Below, piece after piece: positions 1 to 13,200 of a stretch of DNA of 64,000 bases. Numbering within the stretch: the first letter of the stretch is position 1; each line of letters starts with the position of its first letter. The position numbers and the translations under genes are program-made. This DNA is from Tubulanus polymorphus (taxonomy: Eukaryota > Animalia > Nemertea): the NCBI RefSeq assembly GCF_964204645.1, contig NC_134028.1, positions 1,860,001-1,924,000 of the forward strand, written 5' to 3'. The notes under the pieces were generated by a model that was not told the DNA's origin, made no database searches, and was given only the letters and a program-made list of their open reading frames with translations.

Positions 1-1126
1 TATTGGTAATGCCAATTGTATCTATTCAAAAACATTCGATCTTTTTATCAGTTGAGCACTGCATAAGAGGAGAAAATAAACTCTGCCCTTTAAGACCGAA
101 AAAATGTTTCTAATCACAACCCGTTAGCATTAATGAGGGCAAGAGGTATTTATTTCAAAGGAGCTAAAAAAGTTAAAACAAATTCATCTCTTGCACAAGC
201 GCCTTTAACCTGCAGGAGGTGTCTTTTTAACTTTAGTTGCTATCTATTAACTCACTGTATAATCAGCAGCCACCGGTTACTGGTACTAATCCGGACAGAT
301 ATCAACACAAGAAAATCATACACTCATAATCTGTCTAGATATTCCAGTAATTAATAACAAGACAACTCACAATATGGGAATAAAATGACCTCATTTGCAG
401 CGCAGGGTGTTACATTCAATGTTAAAGTATCATTCGTTGAAAAAAAAAGAGACAATAGGCTTGTTTATGATAAAAACATTGACAATTTCTAGGCGCTATG
501 TTTGACCGAGAACAAGGAGGGATGATCGCACACCTGTAGCCTACTCACAAAAATAGATAATCATTATCAATACACAGTTCGTTCTAGGATTATGAGGAAT
601 TGTACACAAAGTCCAGGCCCATTACAAAACAGCCACTGCAGTTTTAGGCTACAAACGATGCTAGTTACGTTGTCTACCATCGAAAAAACAACCACTTCAT
701 AAGAGGTTTGACTAAGACCAAGGAGGGATGATTTTACACCGGCACCCTCTCGACCCAGTTCGTTTCAAACTTTATGGTGAACTCAGTGTTTTCAATAATA
801 GCCAGGTCCTAGACCCGTCTGTTGTTTGTTAAGGACCCGCCTGTTTTTTCAAACCAGCCTTCGTTTCAGGGACTGTGACGTATTCTCATTGAAAACACTG
901 GAACTGAACATAGATTAAGTTAAGTACACCCGGTGAGCCTCAACCACAGTGACTGCAGTTTTAAGCCACATTTCTGCTATGAGCGATGGATTGTATATCC
1001 CTTTGAGACGCCTAAGCCAAACCAATGGATACAGAAAATCACATGACGAATGTAGTCGATTACAGTATATCAATATAAACAATGAAGTAATTAGGAAATA
1101 TTGTATGTAGTATGTAGGTCACTTAC

Positions 1127-1316
1127 GTATCCTTTTCGGGTGAGGTTTCCGCTGTGGCGATAAAAGGTCAGCTTGTTTTTTAGATGCATACACCGGAGCT
1201 GGCCACTCATCTTGCGTCTGGGATACAGCAGGAGTATTTGCAGCACAGGGATTAGGGTTGTCAGTTGAATTGTTTGTAATTTCTAGTTGAACGTCGTTTT
1301 CCCTGGAGGCGGCCAT
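1127..1316 (-). CDS. Possible first coding exon of an unidentified gene or transposon ORF
   Basis: Start context aacatcATGgcc, 63 codons (MAASRENDVQLE...RKPHPKRI) and a consensus donor C|gtaagt at 1127. No in-frame downstream exon was found in the window. Confidence 0.3.
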
Positions 1317-1413
1317 GATGTTTACGGAAGTATAATCAACGGAATTAGGTCAATTCATGCGATTTTAATTGAATTGATTAGTCCACAACCTTGAGATATT
1401 TTACGATTTCCGC

Positions 1414-1520
1414 TAGACTGGTTGCCTGTCCCATTATTGAAGATATAGACCGGTAACCAGTCTATATTTACAAGAACCTGTTTAGACGGGTTACTTGTCC
1501 AGACCGGTAACCAGTCTAGG
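1414..1520. repeat. Cluster of ~18-bp palindromic repeats (tagaccggtaaccagtcta), possible DNA-transposon subterminal array
   Basis: Four related copies in both orientations, near 1414, 1446, 1482 and 1500. Confidence 0.55.
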
Positions 1521-1530
1521 CTCTGTTAGA

Positions 1531-1790
1531 TTCAATTCAATTCAATACTTTATTACAACTTAAAAGTTTTACAGTAAAACATACAAGTATATAATGCAAT
1601 AAAGGAGAAAAAGGACAATTAATTTTACAGAGTAGAAAATTACAATTTAAAATAGACAGGATAACACATTTGCGGAACAAGCATGATAGATATAGAAGTT
1701 AGATCAAACCGTTCAGTGCTGCCTCAATGAATAACGATAGCGGAATTCCTGCGAACTAAAATAGTAGCACTACCAAGTTCAAGTTTAAAC
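1531..1790 (-). mobile_element. 3' tail of a truncated non-LTR retrotransposon
   Basis: The minus strand ends in a T-rich UTR, then AATAAA, then (TTGAA)3, a typical LINE 3' microsatellite tail. Confidence 0.45.
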
Positions 1791-4254
1791 GTTGACAAAA
1801 CTTCCAATTTTTTTCCCTGTCGCCCTCTTCCTATAACAGAAATAGAAATACCCCGATATAGATTTACTCTTAAAACTATCAACACAGTGCTTCATTATGG
1901 ACTTTCGCTTTAGCGAAGTATAAGCCCATCCGATTATAAAAAGCTTACCACCAACGATTAGGTAACTAACTAGGGAAAACACCGACACTACCATCTCGTG
2001 ATAGATCATCATTCATACGGTTATCGCAGATTTTCATTTTAAAAAAACTTCTTGATTCAATTAGGGAAGTGTATAATGAGACACTTCCCTGATTCAATTG
2101 AGGCCGGGAGACAGGCTTTTTTAATTACTGGAGAACGAATCCTCCGAAATTCTGCCATAAACTTCATGCTTGCCACTCAATTTGAAAAAAAAAACACATT
2201 TTCTCTTTAATTTTGATACCGGTAGAAGCCCCTAGGTGACATACAAGATAATTCTTTCACAATTTCGACTTCAGCTATGTCGAAGTCGAAATTGTGAAAT
2301 CTCGTCTTGGGGCTTCGTACTGGATTAGACGGAACATCATCGTGTAAATTTAGGAAAGTCCATATTAAGAATTTCGTTTCTTGTTTATACTATTCTCTTC
2401 ATAGACTTTGAAGCAACTTTCTAAATAGAAAATGATTCTCAATTTTTCTTGCACATTTTTTATTTTGGTTAAATAGATGAGAATTAAATCGTCTGAAAAC
2501 AGAAGTCTGTACATACGTAATTTCTATGGTTTGAAATTAGCACTATAGGGTAGACTACCCTATTAACAAAGTCTATCATGGGCGCAATTCACGTAAAAAG
2601 TGCTACTTTTTCTGCACGATAAGTGATTTTGCTCACGACTACAAACCATAATACATATCAGCATATTCATGCAATAGACATCCAATTTGACAGGATACAT
2701 TCCCGTTATTTTGGGAGAAATTCGAGCTCCATCATTTCTCTTTTTAACGATAGTAAGACTCCAAAATAAACAGACTAATAAACAGACAAAAACGAACAGT
2801 AGTTTTTTGAATTCTTAGCGGCGTTATATTTCATAATTACACAAAATGTTCAGTTACATATACACATTCAAGAACAATAATTTAGAAACTCTAAAAACGA
2901 ATTTTTTCATTCATATATTAATATAATAGTCAACTCGCTGCTAGTAACAAAACAGGTCATACAGTGCAGTAGAATGAACAGGATTCCGTATTTCACTTTT
3001 ATGAGAAATGACAATTCTTATACGATTCAAAAACGTTCTATTGCATCAGTCATATCACAGCAGAAAATTGAATTCAAGCAGTCAACAGGATGATTAACAA
3101 ATTGCTTTAGACCCGGTTATTCAAATGGAAAAAGTTTTTTACGGTTTTTTTTCAACACAGAAAATACACTGATCAATATTTCCACATTCTCAGTGAACAA
3201 CATCAGTTAACATAGTTTCAGAGTGTTTCTATAGTTGTGATGGGAGGCGACTAGGAGATGTTTCTGAACCTTTCATTTGCATCAGATAGATAGATAGACA
3301 TTACAGTAATTTTTACAAAATATAATACAGGTGTACTGATTGTCATGTACAAAATCATTTCTTCTTTAACCAAACAAATGGAACTTTATTAGAATTAATA
3401 GCCACAGTGATGTTGGCCTTCCAGCATAAGTATTCTAAAAGAATAACTCCATTTGCTCTTCATTTTCACTGGTAACTCAGACACCACTGCCCTTCATTGA
3501 CAGTTATCCAATAAATCATCACGCAACTAAAAACAATCATCATTGAAATAAAATAAGACATCATTGTTTGCCGTCATTTCTTTGAATTGATACAAGAAAA
3601 CACGAAATTCATCTTAAAATAAATTAAGCAGAAACAATTTACATATGTAATCATATTACTTACATACATGCGGTTAACGAATGAAGTATATGTACTTGTA
3701 CATATACCGGGTACATGCACTTCGGGTACATGTGATGCATAAGCCGCACTATCGAAAAAATACATAACATATCTTGTTTATAAACCCGTACTCACTATTT
3801 TTGCTCATTTCTATCACTCTGTAATATGTTTTAGCATATTTCTAAGTCAATCTAACTCGCATACTTCGCTTAAGTCCTAAATCCAAAATCGGCAGCTAGT
3901 AATTTTCCCTTTGTTTATTGGTTATACATGCATTTATCACTCTAATTACTATTAATAACTTACCAGAAGGTAAGATTACTTCCTAATAGAAGGAAACTGC
4001 ATGGCCAATAGTAACAAAATTCTTTCGTAAACTTTATCTTTAGGACATAACCTACTTCTGGCCATATAGATGGCACAGCAGTATCAGTATAACATAAAAC
4101 ATTACAGTTGGTTTGATCAATAGCACAAATTCATGTCGACTCAAACATTGGCGTTGGTATAATGGCAGCTTCGATAGCATTATATACATATGTCTTTTGT
4201 TGCACCAACTAGTTAACAATTCAATAAGCGTTCCTCAGTCGACCTGTTTCATGT

Positions 4255-7200
4255 TCAATCACCTGGAAAATAAATTAAAAGCATTTCTGCATCAGAGAAA
4301 AAATAACAAACATAACCCGAATAAACAGAATAAACAGAATCTATTTCAAAGGAGAGAGAGGTCATTGTCAGCCCATTTATAAATACTAGAGTTTTCTCCT
4401 AATTTTTCCATGTTATTATACAAAATTCTGGGAGTGAATCAGAGAAATCTAGGAAATGTTACGATTCCTTCATTTTTCCATTGAATCACGTTGATAAAGA
4501 AACACGTGGTCAATAGCATAAACCAAATTCCCTGAGTTTTCCAGCTTTTTGGTAAAATTTCTCAAATTCCCTGATTTTTTTCTAGATTTTTCTGATACCC
4601 GAATTTTCCAGGCCAGTGTTAACCCTGAAGAAGGTAGACAGAAGGTTTTCTGATTTCATCAGGAATTATTTTTCCGCTGTTGATTAAACTTACGTAATCT
4701 TTCGACATAATTTCCTGGGAACGTTCCAACATGACCGGTCCTGCTGTTAGAACCAACGAACCAACCATCGTCGCATTTCTCTATAATGTGTATATGATCT
4801 CCTTCTCTTAGTTCCATTTCATCGTCATTACGTGGTTTATATTTATACTTGGCTTTGTACCTGAATAACAAAAGTTCAATAAATATTTCAAGTTTTAATA
4901 TCGATGTTTCCTAAATATGTATATACAGTAGAATTAGATTTAGAACTGAGGATCTGGCCCTAGACTTGAAGCCTAACCCCAGGGGTGGATTCAGAGGTGG
5001 ATATAGAGGCCAGTTTTGAAGAACATGTCACATCCCAAAAGGGCACTTTGATGTCCACTAAGGCAATATTGCACTAAATACTGCACTGAAATGCACCAAT
5101 TATCTTTGCAGACAAAATAGAAAAGGCACTTTGATTTGACTTAGTCTTACAAGTCTCTTCTGGATCCGCCCTGGCACTCGAGCATCATTTAGAGAATTAA
5201 AAGGATTAATTACTTACAATTCAATCGGTTTTTCCCGAGTTGGCTGCGGAGGTGGAGCTACTTTTTGTTCGTAAAATCGTTCCGGTTCTTGTCTCTGTTC
5301 ACGACGTCGATACGAAGCCTCATCGAACCATTTCTCGTGTCCCATTGTGCGTGGCGACGACGACGCATGTCGACTACCGCCTCGAGGTGCGGTGGAGGCT
5401 ACGACTCCATTCATTTCCGAACGCGATCGTTCGCGTTCAATCGTCCCGTTATCGTTCGCTCGTCGATCCATGCCTGCTGGATAATTCATTTTGTCATGTC
5501 TTTTCAAACTAGAATAGTTGTTATACGGATGATGTTGGGGAGAATACTGGTCAATACGTGAGATGGTCCCTTGTTCTGAACTATAATCACTTTTATTACT
5601 AGATTGCCGATGGTACGGATTTGTTTCTTGTTGCTGTGGTACGTGATGCGGGCTATAATCCTTATTATGACTAGCACTATGCGGCAGAGAGTTATATTTG
5701 TTGTAAGTTCGTGACGGACTGCGTTGTTCCTGGTTATAGTAACCGCTCGGTCGCGTCGGACTCCGATCTGTCGCTCGCGGACTGTGGCTGTCGCCGTGGT
5801 ATTTGGCAGGACTGATTGGCTCGGGAAACATGAAGTGATTCGGCAGCGAATTAAAATTAGGCGAACCTCGCGGATCATCAGGCCATGATGGTGATAAAGG
5901 ACGAAGCGGGGTACCTAAAGAAAATAAAGATGAAAAAAATTATGCCACGGTTTGAGTCGACAGATTGAACAAGTCTTCTGGGATTCCCAGTAAACATTAT
6001 TCGCTAGTATTCATGAATTTCAAAACATTTCCATTCTATTTCAATGCATGTTTTTGCCGTGAATCATTAAACCAGACATAAATGAAAGTTTCAATGTTCG
6101 TTCACCTGAGCTCTATTCCCTACGGTTCAATAATCATCAGGCAAGCAACTAAATGTCAGAGAGTATCGGCAGAAATTATTTCCCTTTTCAAAAAAACCAA
6201 TCGGCATGAAAATTCATAATGGAGATTGATTAGCATTCTTGCTGATTGGGAAACTATGTCATTGAGACCTTTCAAAATACCGTAATGCAATTAAGTTGTT
6301 TATACAAAAGCTCAGGGGAAATCATTCAACGCGAGTTACTGCAATGCCGAGTGCCACTGAATAGCGACGCCTGATCAATCCAAATCAAATCAATAAATCA
6401 TATAGATTTATCAGTAAATCAATGTGTATTTTTACAATTTCACAGCTAGAAACTTATACAGCATGATATAAAGCATACGTCTAAATTAATTGCATGTACG
6501 CTACTCAGTGTATATACATGTATTTGTATCATATTCATTCTCTAATTCTAAGCATATTTCAATCAAATAAGAATATTTCCCATCTGATATCAAACAAACT
6601 TTGCAACAGAAGTCTTCAAATTGACGTCATAAAATAACGTGCTCACCTGGACCTGGAGTCGTAGCAGTTGAAGGCGCAATCGATGAAGCGTATGAAGGAG
6701 CAATAGATGGTGCTGGTGTCAATAGAGGCATATCAGGATCGCGTAATACTTCCAGATATGTGGCCGGGATTATACCAGTCTGTCCATCGCGTCGAGCCTC
6801 GTACCAGTTATCATCAACACGACGTAGCAATGTTACTATATCCCCCTGAATACATTTAGAAAAACCATTCCTGAATTCCTGTTTCAAGTTACTCGTTTTA
6901 ACCAAAACCCACGAAGATTTGTACAGCAGAATCGGTACCTTCTGAGCAGAGAGCTCCATTGCATTTTGTTTAGTGAACTTGTATTTCAATTTAGCTTGTC
7001 CTTCTGCCCTGAATGCAGACTCGCGGGCTTCATCCAGTGACCGAACGATCTAATTAGAGAGCAAGAAAGCATTTTAATAAGATTTTAAAAGAATCACATT
7101 TTTATCTTTTATCAATATAATTACCTCGATGTAGTTTATAGGTACAATGCCACGGCGACCATGGCGTTCTGCCTCCCACCAATTCTTATCGACTTGCCGC

Positions 7201-10200
7201 AATAAATAGATGACATCATCCCTTCGAAATGACAGCTCCCTATAGTGAAAATGGTAGGGATCACAATACGTATTTCAGGGGTAAATCTATGTAACTGTCT
7301 GAAGTGATACTGGTTACTTACTTCGGACCATGTGCCTTAAAAGTGTACATCGCTTTTCCTTTACCCCGAACCTCGGGCATCCGTCTCTTATCGAATGTAG
7401 GTGGCGCTATCATCTGATCATCAAACCGATCTAGAGGCACCGGTGACTTCTGTTTCGGCCTAATTATCAAAATGAATCGTGCTTAATCAAACTCATTCAA
7501 CAACAAGTGGATCTTGCACATCTATTTACAAATCAACTTACATGAAATAGTCAGAATGTCTTCTTGCTTCATTTTTCAGAGCTTCCTCTTCAGCCTTCTT
7601 TTGTTTTTCAGCTTCAGTAATTTGTCGCTGCGAGTAAATTAACGTAATATGAACAATTTATTCAACAATATTTTGTGAGAAAATTGTTCTTCTAGTCATT
7701 TTTCATGGTGCATCTTGTAACTTAAGATCCGATTTTAGCGGTTTATTTTACCAGAATTTCACGACGTCTGGCATCCTCTTCATCCCGTCTGCGCCGGTCA
7801 ATAGTAGAAGTCGGACTGCGGACTTCCGACGGGATGTCCGACGTAGATAAGTGGTGTTTGCGTATTGGAGGGGTTGACTGGGCTGTAATGAAGAACGTAA
7901 ATAAATTACCAAATAATACCTACAAAATTCTGTGTTGTGATTAAATCTTGACTAACTTTCAGCGAGGTCCACGCGCAATACGAATTAATCATTGCAGCCA
8001 GTCTCTAGGCAACAGAGACATTAAACTGAGAATGAATGCGTTTGAAAAGCTTCTGGCTGCATTTCAATTAATAAGTAATAGGTTTATATATACAACCACT
8101 TGTTAGAACATACACTGCAAAGAGTTGAATCTTAAAACTGAAGCCAGTTCCATAGTCATAGCTTTACCTTAAGACCAGTCTAAGACCAACATGGTTCTAT
8201 AGCCAATCTAGTAACCTAAGACCAGTCTCAAGATTTAAGCCCACTTTTAGACTCTAGTCTCGACTGTGGAATCGGGCCCAGAATGCTAGAATGTTAGAAT
8301 GGTTGATGATGACACAATGAATGATATTAATAATAGAAAGTTAGTAACCTGTTTGATTATAAGATTCACAGTTGTCAGGATGATCATACTCATAAGCATT
8401 GTCGCTATGCGTAGGATAGGCATAATGAGGTGAATCATTCGAATGATCACCGCGGTAAGCTTTAACGCGAGCTTGCACCGGAGCGTGCACCTCAACTCGG
8501 TCGCTACCGTCATCTCGGTAAACCGGTAAACTACCGACGCTCGCCGATGTCTTAAAACCGTTACTAGGACGAGAAGCGAAACTATCCGCGTTTTCGAAGC
8601 GTTTACGGATTTCTGCCAAGTCACCGGATACAGTACGAGGCATGGATAATGAGGGGTTGGACGACGCGCTGCTGCTCTCGTTGAAATTATCCAAACCGTT
8701 CTCGTAAACGCTTTTAATCCGGCGTAGTTCGGCGCTACGCACGATCGCCGGTGACGATTTCGCGTTTCTGAGATCGTATTGTTGAAGTTGATCGTTACGT
8801 TTTCCGTGTTCGAATCTGGCTTTTAGTTGAGACACAGTATTCACCGGCCATTCGGAAGAATCATTTTCATCTTCTGTATTTTCCGGACCATTTTTGTCGT
8901 TTCCATTCCACGCGATGTTTGGCTCGGATTTCGTTTTCCAGATATTCGTCGGTGACTGCGGTTGTGCGTCATTCGTTAGATTATCCTCGGAAATGGCTCT
9001 GTCCAGAAAATTATTATTATTACTAGGAACCTCATCTTTGAAAATGAAAGTATCATTGCTCCCGAATGAGGAACTCGTTCTTAGTTCAGTCGGATTCATC
9101 TCTGTATTATTCTGATCCCGCGATGAAGGTTGGTACGGTTCTAGGTTGGCAGCTTTCTGATATCCTCTAGCCAATGAAAACTTAGTCTGAGCGAAATCAT
9201 TATTATCGGCGAGTTTTCGCAAATCTTTCACTTCGAAACTGGGGGTCGATTTGTTGTTGAGATCGTTTGAGAACTTTCTAGGTGGCACCGCCGGTGATCC
9301 GACTGTTTTCGATGGTTTCGAATATATCGGAGATTTACGATCTGATATCGACGTCGAATCGGTCTGTTGAATGTTTTGTTCGTTATTATTTGACGGATTC
9401 AAATCGTTATCCGACCGTTTATATCGATCCCAAGGCATCGCGTACACGGGAGAATATTTACGAGGTATTTCTTTAGAAGGCTGAATTCGATGCTCGTCGC
9501 GTTGCATCATGGCCGGTTGTTGTTCACCGGAATTATCGCTCGTCGGTTCCCATTTTCTACCGAGAACCATCTGAAACAGAGCTGGAGGTGTACTGCTACC
9601 TGATGAAATGATAGGACTAATTCTTCCATGAGGATTCGATACAATCGGCTGCTTTACGCGTTCAGGCTGCTTGACTACACCTAATTTCTTAGCTGGAATG
9701 CTTTCTCTATCATTTAGTCGATGAATATCAATGGACGGAGGTGATGAAAGAGGCAAGGGAGGCGGGTGACTAGCATCATCGATAAATGGACTACTCGTAC
9801 GTAATGGGGGCGGAATAGGACTAGAATGTCCGTCTGGACGATCGCGATATTCAGGCACTTTCGACGCCGATGGCATATTGGACAGATTTCCAGAACGTTC
9901 TAGTACAATAGTACTGGTGACGCGGACAGGTTGCGGGCGTGTATCAGCGCGTTTCCACGCTGGAGACGTGATGGGTTCACGTTGAAGTTGATAAGTAGAT
10001 TTGGCATTTTCGTCGGATTTCAGAACCGGAGCGACCACTCTGACAGGCGGCGTATCGCGTTCATTTTGCCAGAATTTCTTTGCCTCCTCGACGGAAGGGT
10101 TCTCCGAACTGAAATCCGAAGCTCGGTACGAGTTCGATAAATCTAACTGAGGACGATCTTTCTCGACGACTTCTTTCGGTTTATACGGAGCCGATACGGA

Positions 10201-13200
10201 ACGTACGTGCAGATTATTATCCATATCCGGCTCGGATTTAGACTTTTTAAGATTAGTAACGTACACTTCGTACGGATTTACTTTCTCGTCCTCACCGGCT
10301 CGATACAACGGTCGAATCTTCGCCGAATTAGCCGCATTTTCCATAATCTGTATATAAGAACCGGACTTTGCGGACGAGGCGTCTTCGGCAGCGGCGAGTT
10401 TCTTCTGCGCTTCGACGAAATCGAGGAAACTCTGGTCGCGTTGAGTTTCATCGTCGAGCTGTTTATATTTCTCGCGTAATTTCACGAACGACAGATCGCG
10501 TTTGAACCCCGGTTTAACCTGGTAATCCGGTTTAACGACGCGGGTATTTTCGTTCGCGACGCCGCCTTCGTCGTAGACTTTTTTAATATCGCCGACCGAC
10601 TTGGAACGTTTCATCAACGAGCGATCGAGTCTCGGTTCCCATTCGGTTCCCGCTTTCGTCGTTCGATACAAGAACTCGTTTCGCTTCTGAGCGCCGTCTA
10701 GATCGTCGTATAAACTACACAGCTCTTCCTCTTCTGGTTTCAGAGCCATCTTTTCGCAGTCTCGATTCGCTTTGATCATTTTAATCGATTTTAAAGTTCT
10801 CGGTAAACTGGTCGCCGTTCGACGGTTAGTCGTCGGTTTCTGCTGCAAATCCTTTTCGATCTGCGAAATGCGTTCCAGATTTCCGAAACGTTTTTGCATC
10901 TTAGTGAAATGCGTTGATTTGCGTGTCGACTGCACGATACCGGCCGCGTACGACTGATAGGTTTGCGGATCGAGACGAGACATCGTCGATCGTTCGCTGC
11001 ATTCGCTCGTCGTCGACGCCGCACCGCGTTTTACCATATTCACACGCGACTGATACAAGTCAACGCCGAGCACGTTCGGATTCCACGACGACGACGACGA
11101 ACGTTCCAACGAATCATCGCTCGAATTCAACTCTCGTCGATTGCGATCGCGTAAAACCGTCGATCTCTCCAACGAGTCGTCGCTCCAGTTTAGATTTTGA
11201 ACGCGATTGTTGGAATCAGTTTTACGAACGTCGTCTATTGAATCTATACTAACATTCGGACCTGTAACCGAGGAACCGATGATTTCAGATGTGCTTCCGT
11301 TACCATTGTTAATTCTACTATGAATGGATATAGGAGGTTTTGTCATACGATGATGATTTGAAACAGATGTTGCCTTCATCGCGTCACGCTTGTTTTCGTC
11401 CGTTAAATCACGCATTCTATTATTATCCGTAACATGTGAACTTCGATGATTTTCCCGATGTTTTTTATGCAAATCCGACGTCGACGCATTCAAATTATTC
11501 CGCGTTTTATTCGATAAATCTTCGACGCTTTTACAGCGACTGTATTCCCCCCCGCGACGTAATACGGGCGAATGTTTCTGATCGCGATTTCTATGAATCG
11601 GGACTGATATTTTTCCCGACAGATCTAGCGTTTCACTCGAGTTAGTTTTATCGAATGAAAGACGTCGCTCGTGGTCGACGGCTTTCCAAACGTCGTTATC
11701 GATTCCCGGGTGATAAGTCCGATGTATTTCTGTTATTACATCGCTATCATCTAGCGGCTGATCCTCCTGAGAAGTTAACCGTTTATAGTGTTCTTCGACG
11801 CGATTACGATAATCCTCTCTTTGATAATCTACGAAATCCGTATCGGGATAATCCTCAGGATAATCCTCGGCGCGATCTTCGTTTTGATCGTTATTGAAAA
11901 TTGCCAGTTGTCGAAAGCGATCTTCGTAAGAGTCGGGGTTGTATTTACGTAAAAGAGCTCGAACCTCGGGACGAGTGAACTCTTCCTCGAGACTGCTGCT
12001 CACGTTCGAATTATGACGTAACGCGGGCGACCGATTATTCTCGTCGATGTCGTCACGTCGAATCAAACTTTCCATCGATTTACTATAAACCGATTCCGAG
12101 AGGCTGTCGTTCGAAAACCAGCGAATAGAAAGGTTTTCAGTGGACGTGCAGCGAGACGTATCGCGACTATCTCCCGATTCGTATTGTAACACGCGATCGA
12201 GAACTCGATCTTTCGGTTTTTCGCGGTTTTTAAATCCGAATTCTCCGCGACGTCGAGGTTTTTTGTGTTTTTCGCGTTTTTCTTTGAATTGGTTCAGTCG
12301 AGCGGAGATACCGCGTTGAGGCTGGTCGCGTTTAGACGCTTCGAATTCGTTCAGAGTTTTCCGATCGAATCTAGGAGAAAACGGTTGTTGCATTTTGTTC
12401 GAGATTTTCGCTCTATCGCTTAACGACGCACAAACCACGAGATCACGAGATTTGCGTTCAAAATCATAGAATTTATCATTAGGCCAAATGCGGGATATTA
12501 GCCGAGGAATCTCGGGAATGTTAAAACAGATAAAATGGGATCGAGCCTCATAAATTCACCAACTGGAAAAAGAAAATAAACAACAAAGTTAGCTCAAACA
12601 AAAATACCTCCCAGGGCCCCATATACCATATATATACCGGTACAAACACACTATTGAAGGCATGACATTTTTCTCCTGAGCAAATTATGAACGAGTGACT
12701 CATAGAAATGATGGAAAGATGACGAGTCCAAGAAATAGTCCTGCTATAAACAATATCCTCGACAGAATAATGACGTAAGTTCCCATGAAAAGAGACGTAA
12801 AGAGCAATATCCAAAAATAGATGAAGGGCAAGTAGGAAGGGAATTGACTACTTCACATCAGATAAGGGATAGGCAAGCAGATCCTATCAATGGATAACCA
12901 ATTTCAATAATGTTTGAGGACGTACACTTTGTTTGCTTCGTCTCTCATATTGTTTCTGATATTGGATTTCATATAGACGAAAAGCAACGAGCACAAATTA
13001 CTGACAGTCGCCTGGAAATTATTCAAATCTTTCAACCGGTGAATTATATGAAGAAATTAAATATTTATAGCACGTTCTGGAAGCAGAGTTTAGTCATCAA
13101 TATCTGTGTATACATTTGATTGTATTGTTCGACAAGTGTGACTCTGTGAACACCAGAATATATTTCTCAGACAAGGAAACGCCTATCAATATTTAAATAT

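Noticed and set aside
4659-4693. ORF-track C-terminus [11 protein letters not shown]
   Set aside because: It runs through a consensus donor (C|gtaagt). The spliced ending ...RLRD* via acceptor 4262 is more likely.
5240-5878. Overlapping alternative-frame and antisense ORFs over exon 5218-5914 (and similar ones across 8286-11897, 28194-28553 and 32121-32458)
   Set aside because: These are shadow ORFs of GC-richer coding exons.
12440-12562. In-frame TGA just after the 12562 acceptor, upstream of the giant ORF (possible selenocysteine or readthrough)
   Set aside because: No SECIS is evident and the family is not a selenoprotein family. Simpler starts exist (acceptor 12370 or ATG 12393).
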